From Octopus sinensis (Eukaryota), in contig NC_042999.1 in the NCBI RefSeq assembly GCF_006345805.1, forward strand, positions 133,300,001-133,364,000: a stretch of 64,000 bases of DNA, in the 5' to 3' direction. A program made the translations under genes and the position numbers. The notes under the pieces were generated by a model, which was given only the letters and a program-made list of their open reading frames with translations, searched no databases and was not told where the DNA came from. Below, piece by piece: positions 11,853 through 25,594 of this stretch. The first letter of the stretch is position 1. Every line of letters begins with the position of its first letter.

Positions 11853-11886
<34 letters not shown>

Positions 11887-11907
11887 ACGTATATATATCT
11901 ACGTATG

Positions 11908-11942
<35 letters not shown>

Positions 11943-13314
11943 ACGCACGTATATATTCATAGAGATATTGACATATATACTCAAGCATATGCAAATACGT
12001 ATATGTACATGCATATGTTGTGTATTTATAGCTGATTATAGATGTGACTGGTTATTACAGAACTGACATAACTGTTTGCTTGTAATCTATCAACTGTTAA
12101 TGATACTTCGTTCTTATATAGAGATGTGTGTGTATGTATGTGTGTGTGTGTATGCGTGTGCCTCTGTGTGTGTGTGTGTGTGTATGTGTACCACACAGAT
12201 GCTCTTTGCTAAACTCACAAAGCACTAGACGATGCGAGGTTATAGTAAAGGACATTGCCACTGAACTGAACTGGGGGCTACGTCCATTACGAAGTGAACT
12301 TCTTAACCACAGACCCATATCTGAGTCTATAACACTAATCAGGGAATAATAGATAAACGCAGGATAGCGGCAAGTGTCAAACGTTCTAGTCGTAAGTCCT
12401 GTGAGAAAAAATATTTCTGCGAATTTTTCTAAAATAATAAATTATCAGTGATAAAACAGGAATCGACTTAGACCCTCCCTTAAAAATTACTGGCATAAGC
12501 TGAAATTTGAAACAATTTCACTTGTCTGAAAGACAGCAATCCTACGATTTCAAATTATTTAATTACTTAAATAATAAAAAAAATTATGTGAAAAATAAAA
12601 GAGCCATAATATCTTTTATAGACATATACACACATGCTACAAGTTAGAGTGAATGGGGTGACCAATCATATATAGGAGAAACACCAGTAACCAACTGGTA
12701 CTGATCATATCGACCCCAAATGAAAACAATTTATGTATTTATATATGCACGCATTTATATGAATGTACGTATGTATGTCATTCTTCAGTTTTATTTCATG
12801 ATTTCTTGCCAATAGAGAAAGAGCCGGTTTCTACATTAGATCCAAAGCTTCTTCATTGGCAGTTCAACATCAACAACAGGGTACTTTTGAGTGTATGTAT
12901 GTTAGTATGTATGAATACGTACAGATTTGTGTCTTGTTTTAGGTATGAATTCTCATGCATAAAGTTGCTTATCTAGACAAGTACTTATGTACTTAAATGA
13001 AAAACTTCTGGAATGTTTTACAGATTTTTACAGTTCCAGTGATGGGTTGACTCTATAATATTCCAATCAGCTTTCACCTTCCTGCTTTTGAGAAGGTTAA
13101 TTTCTCAAGATAGGTATTTAGATGGTAATTACAGGTATAAACGTGAACCTTTAATCAGGGTAGAGAAACTGCAAACTTCTCAATAGTTCAGGGTAGGTAT
13201 TTTCTTCTTCACTTTAGCTTTATGTTAACATTTGCATGTATGTATGTATGTATGTATGTATGTATGTATGTATGTATGTATGTATGTATGTATGTATGTA
13301 TGTATGTATGTGTG

Positions 13315-13348
<34 letters not shown>

Positions 13349-13754
13349 TGTATGTATGTATGTATGTATGTATGTATGTATGTATGTATGTCCCTTTCTG
13401 TAGAAGAGCGTAGGCTCGAAATGTAAAAGACTTTTTCTAATCCTGAGAGTTATACTAATACATCTGTTTGTTTTGTACACCACCTGTCTTCGTTTTTTGC
13501 TTTTTTCGTAAACTCTCCCTATATATATATATGTGTATATTTATATCGATACTTATACCTTTATTTATATCTATCTATGTTTGTATGTACATGAATGTAT
13601 GTATATGTGTATATATGCCTGTATATATATATCCATACGTGTGTATATATATATTAGTACCGAAAAGCAGTCTTTACATCGTACTGAACGTCGATATATT
13701 TGAAAAACGGAATAATTCTGTGGTATTTGAGTTGAATATTGAATTATAGCACTG

Positions 13755-14032
13755 TGTGGAAGCACTCCGTCGGTTACGACGACGAGGGTTCCGGTTGATC
13801 CGATCAACGGAACAGCCTGCTCGTGAAATTAACGTGCAAGTGGCTGAGCACTCCACAGACACGTGTACCCTTAACGTAGTTCTCGGAGATATTCAGCGTG
13901 ACACAGAGAGTGACAAGGCCGGCCCTTTGAAATACAGGTACAACAGAAACAGGAAGTAAGAGTGAGAGAAAGTTGTGGTGAAAGAGTACAGCAGGGATCA
14001 CCACCACCCCCTGCCGGAGCCTCGTGGAGCTT
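13755..14032 (-). mobile_element. SINE family C, 3' part
   Basis: Reverse complement shares GCTCCACGAGGCTCCGGCAGGGG..CTGTACTCTTTCACCACAACTTTCTCTCACTC with 26550-26630 and 51897-52175. Confidence 0.7.
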
Positions 14033-14230
14033 GCAGAAAAGTATTTGCACTTCCAATGGTGGGACTGCTGAATCGTTATTTTTGCATGTTACATCTTTAT
14101 CAGCAATAGGTTTCCACTGTCACCACATATGAGCCAAACTTCGTCCGTACCGATATACAAACAGCTGGTGATAACATTTATAGCGTTCTCACAGTATATT
14201 CCCCGTTAAGTAGGATTTTATATATATATA

Positions 14231-14644
14231 AGGAGTGGCTGTGTGGTAAGTAGCTTGCTTACCAACCACATGGTTCCGGGTTCAGTCCCACTGCGTGGCA
14301 ACTTGGGTAAGTGTCTTCTACTATAGTTTCGGGCCGACCAAAGCCTTGTGAGTGGATTTGGTAGACGGAAACTGAAAGAAGCCCGTCGTATATATGTATA
14401 TATATATATATACACGTGTGTGTGTTTGTGTGTCTGTGTTTGTCCCCCCAACATCTCTTGACAACCGATGCTGGTGTGTTTAAGTCCCCGTTACATAGCG
14501 GTTCGGCAAAAGAGACCGATAGAATAAGTACTAGGCTTACAAAGAATAAGTTCTGGGGTCGATTTGCTCAACTAAAAAAGGCGGTGCTCCAGCATGGCCG
14601 CAGTCAAATGACTGAAACAAGTAAAAGAGTAAAAGAGTAAAAAA

Positions 14645-14646
<2 letters not shown>
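14231..14646 (+). mobile_element. SINE family A
   Basis: Colinear with 6099-6505. Confidence 0.8.
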
Positions 14647-14694
<48 letters not shown>

Positions 14695-14695
14695 G

Positions 14696-14733
<38 letters not shown>

Positions 14734-15623
14734 TAAATAGATAAATAGATAGATATAAGCGCAAGCATAACAATCTGTGTTGCGCATCTCGAAAGAGTCG
14801 TCCACCAAAGAATCATGGGGGGGGGACAAAGAGTTCTAATTCAAATTTACTAGAACGAGACTGGGCAAAATCCAGTGTGTGCGTGTGTGTGTGTTGGTAT
14901 GAGTGGGTTTGTGTCTGTGTATGTGTCTCTCGGAATGCGCACGCGCACGTGACCTGTATGGAAGCATGAGTGGAAGCATGGAACGGACCCCAATTATTTT
15001 TTAGACTCACGCTTCTTAGTATAACCCTATTTCTCCAACACATTTCCACATTTAAATATGCACATATATATGTATGCATATATGTATAAGCATACATACT
15101 TATATACATTTATACATACGTCCAAACTCGCATACGTACATATATATATACATATATATATATATGTATATATGTGTGTATATATATGTATATATATAAA
15201 TATATATCTATATACATATATATATGCATATATGTATGTATTTATATGTATATATATACATATATATGTATATATATTGCATATATATATGTATATCTAT
15301 ATATGCATATATATATATGTACATATACATATATATGTATATTATACATATATATATGTATATATATATATACATATATATATATGTATATATATGTATA
15401 TATATTTATAATATATATATATATATTAAACATATATATATATGAATATATATATATATGAATATATATATATATATTTAAATATATATATTCATATATA
15501 TATGTTTATATATACACATATTCCTATATGCATGCGCATATATTCATACATACATACGTGCTTAACATAACCGTATTCCATTGAATACATATATACAGTA
15601 CACTCAAAACACATACATGCACG

Positions 15624-15714
<91 letters not shown>

Positions 15715-16099
15715 CTGAAGCCACAACTACTTATAGCTATCAAGAGATTTAGTGGAGGTTAGAAGCAAAAAAGCACTTATACTATAATAAATGTAGAACT
15801 AAATGCCACATTTCTTCATTTATTCTGACCCTCCCTCAACCTCATTCAAAAATCAACATTTTCCTGTCCATTTCAACTCGACCCAGCATAAATTTTGTTA
15901 CATTTTTCGTTTTTCAGACGATTCTGTAACTAATCTCAGGAGAAAATACGTTATTGCCTGCCAAGATATATTACCTCAGCTAATCTGCATTCTTTTGTCA
16001 TATAACATCACAATCCTATTTTCTGTCATGTCATCTTTACCCATAGCGCCAATCCATCAAGTACTTCTCAGAATAGCTGGGTACATGAAAAAAGATTGG

Positions 16100-16395
16100 C
16101 GCAGGAAATGCATCCGAGTCGCCATCTTGTTTTCTTGTTGCTTCCGTTTATGTGCTAATCAGAGTGTCCAGCTTCATTAGCATATTGCAGTCTTGCTATG
16201 ATCCCCTAGTGTATGTTTATTGAAGATAACTGACTACAAATTGAATTAGCGCGCCAACAACCATTCGCAATCAGGCCGCCATATTTCTTCCATTTTCGTT
16301 ATTTTATTTTATTTTTTTCCTTGTTCACTTTCTTCTTTGTTCGTTCAGTTATTTTCTATTTCGTATCGACTTACACTCTTCAAATGTAAGTGCTG
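16100..16395. promoter_or_regulatory. Possible promoter/first-exon region
   Basis: Non-repetitive and relatively CpG-rich, with two YY1-type motifs (GTCGCCATCTTG ~16118, GCCGCCATATTT ~16275) and a GTAAGT donor at ~16390. Confidence 0.3.
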
Positions 16396-16698
16396 CCGAA
16401 GGAGCCTTCCACAACATTCAACACCAAATAGCATTAATCTGTTTTTTGCAATTAGTTTCGACTTGTCTTCAGCAAATACATTTTCTGGCAGTGATGTGGA
16501 ATGATGGGTAATGGAAGGAGGGAGGAAAGAGAAAAGAAAATATGTTTCCTTTCAAAAAAATAACACAATACCCCGCTTGTATATATATATATATTTTTTT
16601 GAAATTTTCATCGCGAAAATTTCGTTTGAACATTGATTTTTATTCACCGGCTACTTCGTGAGCATACGCGAAGTCTCGTATGTGTATACAATTCCTAT

Positions 16699-16729
<31 letters not shown>

Positions 16730-16846
16730 ATATTAATATGTAGTTTCATTGTATATATAGAGAAGGTTGTGTGTATGTGTGTGTATACGTTGTTACCAGT
16801 GTGTAGGGAAAGCAGTAATCTATGTATATATACTGCCTTCTTTCTT

Positions 16847-16911
<65 letters not shown>

Positions 16912-17746
16912 TGTTTGTCTTTTTCTCCAAGGTTTAAAACTTAACCATCTTTGACATAATCATTGTCGTCGTTTTCTCTGCAGGCTCCACCGCTCCTGTC
17001 ATTGATGATGCTGACAGTAATTGAAATATTGACATCCTCATACTCCTTTATCCTCCTCAACTGTCACTGCTCCTTCTATTGCTGTTTCTCCCTCCTTGAC
17101 TTTACTGACATTTCCGCCTCTTTTACTTTACCTCTTCATCATGTTTTCAGGACAATATACGCTATTTGTGAAACACTGAGGTATGAGCAGATATACTCTC
17201 ATTACCAAAATGTCAGAATTGTCACCTATCGTGAACGCTATCTTATTCAACCACCTAATTTTGACAAGGTTACTTAAAGGAAAGTTCGTGTCAAAGAAAG
17301 CAACTGCAGTGAATTGGCGCGGAGATCAAACTCAACTTTTCCTTTCACAGCGATAGCCCGTTTCCTTCTCAATAAGCACTCTCTCAAGCTATTTTGTTAT
17401 TTATTAAGATGCACAGCTGAGACCACAAACTGATTCGTAATCAATAATAATAGAGTTACTGATTTCTCTTTGCTAATAGTGAAGAATATGACGGAGGAAT
17501 AAAGACAGGTCAATGAATACGGTACCAGGGTTATTGATGAAGTGTCTTCTCATTGGCATAGTATTGTCATAGCATTGTTACACGATACAAAACAAAACAT
17601 GTATTCTAACTTGAGAGAGAAGGTCAACAGACCGAGCATTGTGCAGTTCTTTAGTCTTATCTATCCGCTGCTACACGTGCACACGACTCACGGCAACAAC
17701 ACCAAATACAACACACACACACCACCACACACACCACACACACACA

Positions 17747-17783
<37 letters not shown>

Positions 17784-17810
17784 CATACACACAGACCGCT
17801 GTGTGTGTAT

Positions 17811-17842
<32 letters not shown>

Positions 17843-18043
17843 GGTATATGTAAATACACACACACACACATTCACACACATATGCAATATATACGTGTGT
17901 GTGTGGGAGATATGTATGGTTGGGAATATGTGTATTACTGTATAATTAAAACCGTTATTTAATTATGCTGATGGTTTTGATAGATATTGTCGGGAGAATC
18001 ATATACAATTTTACTTACTCAGCGTCATAGGGTTGAATACAAA

Positions 18044-18109
<66 letters not shown>

Positions 18110-18172
18110 CATATGCATACATACAACTATTTCTAAATGCGTATATATAAATACTATGCTCAAATATATATA

Positions 18173-18231
<59 letters not shown>

Positions 18232-18276
18232 ATATTATATATAACATATTTTTACATGTGTGTTTGTACATATATT

Positions 18277-18683
18277 ACTCTTTTACTCTTTACTTGTTTC
18301 AGCATTTGACTGCGGCCATGCTGGAGAACCGCCTTTAATCGGGCAACTCGACCCCTGGACTGATTCTTTGTAAGCCCAGTACTTATTCTATCGGTCTCTT
18401 TTGCCGAACCGCTAAGTGACGGGGACGTAAACACACCAGCATCGGTTGTCAAGCAATGCTAGGGTGACAAACACAGACACACAAACACACACACATACAC
18501 ATACATATATATACACATATATACGACGGGCTTCTTTCAGTTTCCGTCTACCAAATCCACTCACAAGGCTTTGGTCGGCCCGAGACTATAGTAGAAGACA
18601 CTTGCCCAAGGTGCCACGCAGTGGGACTGAACCCAGAACCATGTGGTTGGTAAACAAGCTACTTACCACACAGCCACTTCTGC
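18277..18683 (-). mobile_element. SINE family A
   Basis: Reverse-complement match to 6099-6505. Confidence 0.8.
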
Positions 18684-19339
18684 TGTTATCAATGTCACAT
18701 ACATAATGTATTCTATGTCTTATTTAAACGGTTTTAGGCTGAGGTATTTCGTCTACTTTAAAGATGTAGTGTTAAAAAGCACAGTACACAACACATGTAC
18801 GTATGTATGCACGTATGATTGTGTGTATGCATTTTTGTATGATTGTGTGTATGTATGTGTGTATGCATGTATGTATGCATGCATGTATGTATGCATGTAT
18901 GTATATGTTTTTCATGAAGCCAAAACATTGCAAGTTTATAAGAATTAATTCAGGTCGATGGTTAATAATTTTAACTTGTATTTCAATATTTCAGTGTTAG
19001 GATCCCTTCATCAGAAAATCTTAGCAGTCGTGTCATTTTGAGCTGACTCATATGCATACATACACGCGCACACACCTATGTCCACGCACAGACACACTCA
19101 CACACACGTACACACACAGTTATAAAGCCCACATTCTTACGAATAATATTTTGTATATATTTCTCCCACAATTCATCCCATCTAAAATGCATCTTGTTCC
19201 TTCTCTTTGTCCGTTCTTTCTTCTTCTGATGCTGACTACTGAGAGTTCTGTCAGCATCAGATGTTGCTAGGAGTAAACCAGCCAACGTGACGAAACCAAT
19301 TCTATTTACCCCACAGACAGAGTTGAGTGATACATTTTA

Positions 19340-19895
19340 AAGAACAATTTCCAAATCAGTGATTTTAGCGAACCATCCTGATGTGACAACGCAACTGTTC
19401 TTTATCCTTCATCCACCCATCTTATTCGTCCCCTATATCTAGGAGAGTCGTAGGAGCAAAGTCTTCAGAAACTGTTTCCATAGATTCCTATCAGAAACAA
19501 CCGTCATTAGATTTTCCAGTTGAATTTCCAAGTATGACTAGCTGAAACTATGAATATTATCCAACCATCTCTTTCTCGGTATACTCCTAGGTTTTCTGCA
19601 GGTTGGGCCGATTTGAAGAAACCGCCTTGCAATTCTTTACTGTGACCTCCGTAGTCCGGAGCTATGACCTCTCAATGCAGATACATAGCGGCTTGACTTG
19701 GAGACGATCTATGATCTACGAGGTACGCAACCTATCACGTGCTATCACTTCAGAGATACTCGGAAGGAACTCTTGTTTCCGCCGTTTGTATTAGCGATCG
19801 TATACTTTCGGTCATTACCCAATTGTCATGACGATTGGTGAAGACAGGCACAGAAACCAAATCGAAGATAGCAAGTTTGGCTTTTCTATCAATCG
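19340..19895 (-). mobile_element. RTE-clade (Expander-like) LINE 3' fragment, decayed
   Basis: KAKLAIFDLVSVPVFTNRHDNWVMTESIRSLIQTAE resembles the RTE C-terminal pattern KAKLSIYRSIYVPTLTYGHELWVMTERIRSRIQAAE. Confidence 0.65.
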
Positions 19896-20076
19896 CACGA
19901 ACACCACACACACACACACACGCACAGACAGTCATACGCACAGACAATTACATATATCTGCATAGCTAACTACTTAGCTAGTTAGAGACAGATAGATTAG
20001 ATAGATCGACGGACAGACAGATAGATAGACAGAATATATATATATATATATTATATATATATATATATTAATATAT

Positions 20077-20134
<58 letters not shown>

Positions 20135-20179
20135 GTATATATGTATAATATATATATATAATTATAATATATATATTAG

Positions 20180-20223
<44 letters not shown>

Positions 20224-20224
<1 letters not shown>

Positions 20225-21131
20225 TGTTTCTTTATTAGCCACACAGGGCTGCACACAGATAGAACAATTACAAGGTAGAGCTTTTCTTTTGAAGGTTTAA
20301 AAAAAAAAAAAAAAAATAATAAAATAATAAAAAAAACAAATAAAATAAAATAAAAAGGGGGGGGGGGTCGATCAAAAGGGATCGTAAAAGGAGAGAAAGA
20401 GGACAAAAAAGGGGGGGGGGTTAAAAAAAAAGGGGAGAGGAAAAAAAAATTGATCAATAGGGATCGTTATCACAGAAATGTCAATATGAAGTGTAAAGGG
20501 GAGGACAGGTGAGGTTTACTCGTGGAAAGAAAAGCCTACGGAAAAGACCACGGTAACCTCGGTCAATGAAGTCACATGTTATATTTCTTTTTTTTTTTTT
20601 GCAAATAAGCAACTCTCTGTATTAATTTTTACGGTTCATAGAATCATAGTCAAGGTGGCTTCGTCATTCATACGTGCCATCCTTGCTACATTCACCCATC
20701 TTTTTTTTAAAACATTCACTAGACAAAACTTGCCTCTCTACTCTCACTTTTTTCTTCAAGTGATACTTGAAGAAGTTGATGAGAGATTGACCAGAGAGGA
20801 AAGTGTTTGTCTCTAATCCTTTCAGACGCGTCCACCAGATACATTCTTTCGCCATAGCCACAAGTATGATAAAAATAGCTCTTCCTTCCCGTTTGAAGGA
20901 AGGAGGCGTGACGATATTAACGATAGACTCGGCTGATAAACCGACACGTCCCACACGTGACAGCAGTCGTTCGACATAAGCCCACAGGTGGGAAATTGCT
21001 GGACACTGCACGATTGCGTGCAGAGCGGTTTCGTCGCTCTGCCCGCATCTCGGGCAGGTCGGCCCCGTGTTTCTCGAGCCATGCCTATAGAGCTTATCCC
21101 GAACGGGTAGCGCTTCTCGGTAGCACCGCCA
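20224..21131 (-). mobile_element. 5'-truncated Tx1/L1-clade LINE (zf-RVT C-terminus plus 3' UTR) inserted in (TATC)n
   Basis: [36 protein letters not shown] is a zf-RVT CCHC motif; flanked by (GATA)n on both sides. Confidence 0.8.
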
Positions 21132-21171
21132 TAGATAGATAGACTGGTAGATAGATAGATAGATAGACTGG

Positions 21172-21216
<45 letters not shown>

Positions 21217-21217
21217 T

Positions 21218-21278
<61 letters not shown>

Positions 21279-21949
21279 TTGTTTACATGTGTGTTCATCT
21301 GCATACATACATGCATACTTACATATGTGCTCGTCCAGAGGTGCACATAATGCACATGCAAAATAAAACACAGATGCAGGTTGTTTGTATATGTTATAAT
21401 ATATTTCTGTTTATATTATAAATATCATATATTGCTGTATACACAAGTGTTTGCGAATTTAAGATATGCAACAGTCGTGAAAAGATACATATTGAAGTAT
21501 AGTTGACGTATGACATATTACATATGCATTATCATATAAACAAGTGCAGTGTATACTTATATTCAGAATACATTTCGAACAATATTTACGCAAAAATATA
21601 ACCTGAAAGTAGCACAGATATACATACATATACTCTATATTATATCGGATGTGTTAAGACATGTAGCACATATATATATACATATAGATACACACATATA
21701 TTCACCAGTGGATATATGCATTTAGAATATTACATATGAGCATAGGAATACGAACGTTGGCACATTCACCTATACGCGTCTGTTTGAGAGTTTTATGCAT
21801 GAATATGTATATTTGCGTATGTGCTATGTGAACGTGTATATAAATGGATATATTGTATGTACGCATATACACATGCACACTCGCACACATGCTCATATAT
21901 ATACATCTGTACATATATCTGTATATATATATATATATATATGTGTGTG

Positions 21950-21995
<46 letters not shown>

Positions 21996-22224
21996 TATAT
22001 ACATACACATGTATGTACGCACATACTCTTACGCATCCAAACGCACAATATTCATGTATACATGCATACTTTCATAAACGCACACGCACGCACACACACA
22101 CGAAACATATAATGATATATATATATATACATGAATATATGTATGTGTGTATACATATATATATACATATATATATATATTAGTATATATGTATATATAT
22201 ATATATACATTACATACATATATA

Positions 22225-22285
<61 letters not shown>

Positions 22286-22672
22286 ATATATATATATTTT
22301 AGGCACAACTTCACAAGCCAGCCCCTACTCAAATCGTCCTGTCGAAAGACCCTTGTCCTACGTCCTGGTTTTGTTTGGTGTTATTTTTTATTTTTACCGT
22401 TTTGTTTTTTACGTTTTTGTATTCTATTGGTGTCACGTATTCTGTATTTTTGTTGTGTACTTCGATCGTTTTCCGTCCTTTCGTTGTATACATTCGAAGC
22501 TTTGGGCTGGCCATATCGGAGCAATCTCAAGATTAATCAGCCGAAATTGCTAAGATGATCTGGTTCTTGACTGATGACTGAGGGCTTCGAATGTCCCGTC
22601 CTGTGGTTCTTGTGTCGTCTCTGTGGTGTTTCATGTTCTTGTCCATGTCTGTATTTAATTTTACTGTTTACC

Positions 22673-22725
<53 letters not shown>

Positions 22726-23354
22726 ATATATATATATGTATATTATATGATTAATGTTCGTACAGTCGTGAACGCTAATAATCGTTTTGTTCAGTACATT
22801 ATACAACATACCAATTCTCGTATTACATAGCAATGCTAAGCTGTACCGATCGTTTTGAAGTTTCTCTCACTCCCTGAAGACTCATTTGGCTCTCAGCAAT
22901 ATCAAGGCGTAGAAGAGTTGGGTGGTGAAACCAAAGAGGTGTGGAGATTAGAAATTGTAAAATGAAACAAGAAACTTGGCAGTTGGAGGCTAGGAATATA
23001 AATTATGAAGATTTTACGGTAACATTCTTTCGTTTCAGAGACGAAAATTACATTGCAATATGCATAACGTTAACTTTTATGCGATTATTATTGTTACTTC
23101 TGTTAGTATTATTTTTACTGTTGGCTACATTGTTATTGTTGCTATTATAGTTATTTTTGTTGTTATTGTTTTTGTTGCTGTTGTTGTCCTTATGGTCGTT
23201 GTTGTTGCTGTTAATGTTCTTGCTTTGTTGCCTTTGTTTTCTCATATAATATTCCTGTATGTGTAGCAGCTGCTGTTTCTCTTGATATTGTTGTTGTCTT
23301 ATTATTTGATTACGTTACGTTTTTCTTGTTCTTTCTTTCTCTGTTATGTATTTT

Positions 23355-23397
<43 letters not shown>

Positions 23398-25535
23398 TGT
23401 GTTTGTATATACCAGGTCAACTTTAATTATGTAGACCCTTGATCAAATATAATCCAGTCGTGACCATCACGTCTGTTGTAACTGTTTTATATCTAGAATT
23501 ACATTTTACAAGATGATGAGATGTTTTGCGGGATATTGTCGACTCTGTCGATTGGGTCACGGCGTTCAGTTTTCATCTTTGGTTGTTCTTGCAGTTATTT
23601 CATAATGGAGATAAAGAAAAATAAAATGCTTGTTTAAGGCGGCGAACTAGCAGGACCGTTTCGCCGAGGTCGACACTACCTTTCATCCTTACGGGATCGA
23701 TTAATTAAGTACCAGTTAAGTACTGAGGTTTACGTAAACAACTTACCCTTCTCTTCAAATGTCAGGCTTTGTGTCTGCAGCAGAAAGGAATATTAAATTC
23801 TTTTGGAGTCGAATTGACAAAGTCAATAGAGCAATGGATGCCTCGAGATAGTTTTTTTCAACTCTATACGTTTCGCGTTCAGATTCCACTGAGATAAAAA
23901 TTTCGTCTTTCATACTTCTGAGTTAGGTAAAGAAAAAAAAAACACAATTAAAGGCAGCTGATTGAGGGAAGTTTTAGTGTGTCGATGATAAGATGGGTGA
24001 GGTGTGTGATCTCTGTTCTGGCTATTTCTATTCTGACAGTAACGCCTATGATGACATGCTCCCGTGCTGTATAGACCTTTAGTCAGTGATGTTGCCCTTG
24101 AATAAAATCGGTGACGTAAGTAGCTACCAGTCATCCGTACATACAGACACACAAAAAGGAAAATAAAATTTGACTAGACCTGAGCAAACATAAACAGACG
24201 AGCGGTCGACCTTGAACAATGGAGGCCTAAAATTCTTACTTCTTTTAGCTGATGTAATCATGTTTCAAATTTTGGCACAAATTTTGGTCGATTACATCGA
24301 CCCCACTATTCAACTGCTACTTTTATCAACTTCGAGTGGATGAAAGGCAAACTCAACCTCGGCGGAATTTGAACTCAGAACGCCAAGACGGATGAAACGC
24401 CACTAAGTATTTTGCCCTGCCTGCTAAAGATTCTGCCAGCTCACCGCCTTTTTAGCTGATGTAGTAATAGCGTCCATTATTATCAATCGCTAAAGAGGTG
24501 AGCTTGGCAGAAACGTTAGCGCGCAGGACAAAATGCTTAGCAGCATTTTTTCAGGCTTTTTACGCAATGAGTTCAAATTCCACCATGGTTGACTACCCTT
24601 TTCGTCCTTTCGGGGTCGATCAAATAAAGCGCAGTCAAATACTGGGGTTCATATGTTCGACTTCTCCCTCCCCGCAAAACTGCTGACTTTGTGCCAAAAT
24701 TTAAAACCATATCTATTAACCCGTCAGGCGAACTACCATTATGGCTATATTGTATATATTGGTGTATTATTTCAGGCTTTTTGTGTCCCGAGTCCAACTT
24801 CTGCCGAGGCCAGTTTTGCGTTTCATTCTCTCCGTTTGAATAAAGATTATGGCCAGTGTCAATTTTCTGCCACTGTAACAGAAATGTTCTAAACAGTTTC
24901 AGACATATCTCACTCAGATATATATATACTCTTTTAACCTAAAATATAATTATGTTGGTATTTCGTTGTTAATAAATTGTCGTTGTTGTTAAAACGGATG
25001 AGCAGTCGATTTAAACCAACGCCAGTTCTTGACTGGTTATATTATTTTACCGACCTAATGATGGAGAAAAGCAATGTTGACCTCTGTGAGATTGGAACTC
25101 AGAAGATGAAGAGAGGAAATAAATGCCACAAAGTAATTTGTCCAATGCTAAACGATACCGTCAATCTATTACATTATTATTGTTGCAGCTGTTGATACAG
25201 ATTATTGTATATTTTCGCTGCTTTACGCTGCTTCAATTGTTGCTATTGTTTTTGTTGTTGCAGTTCTGGTTGGTGCAATTACTTCTGCAACAGCTGTCGT
25301 TATTTCCGTTTTTGTTGATATTATTGCATAAAGAATTGTAGCTCCATTTTAGCAAACATATGTCACTGAGAGACGTATTCAAACCGGTTTGGCCTCTCAT
25401 CTTTCAAGTTAGAGATGACCTGTTAGAAATGTAGCACATGTGAATACGTAGCAAGGATCTCTACATTTGAACAGAGAATCAAAAGAACGAATATATTTTG
25501 CCTGCGGTTGAGAAGGGTCAAAAGGGCAACATACT

Positions 25536-25576
<41 letters not shown>

Positions 25577-25594
25577 TCACTATATAATTATCAG

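Larger units (their letters stand above)
6530..11855 (+). repeat. Tandem array of ~604-bp non-coding units (8 full + ~0.8), each with a hammerhead ribozyme; candidate retrozyme/pLTR array
   Basis: Units start near 6530, 7136, 7741, 8343, 8945, 9551, 10152, 10754 and 11355. They are near-identical, differing mostly by homopolymer indels, and both ends abut (TA)n. Confidence 0.97.

Noticed and set aside
6530-11855. Array as CRISPR, rDNA/snRNA cluster or coding exon repeat
   Set aside because: There are no unique spacers, no match I recognise to 5S/U snRNA/tRNA, and no long ORF on either strand.
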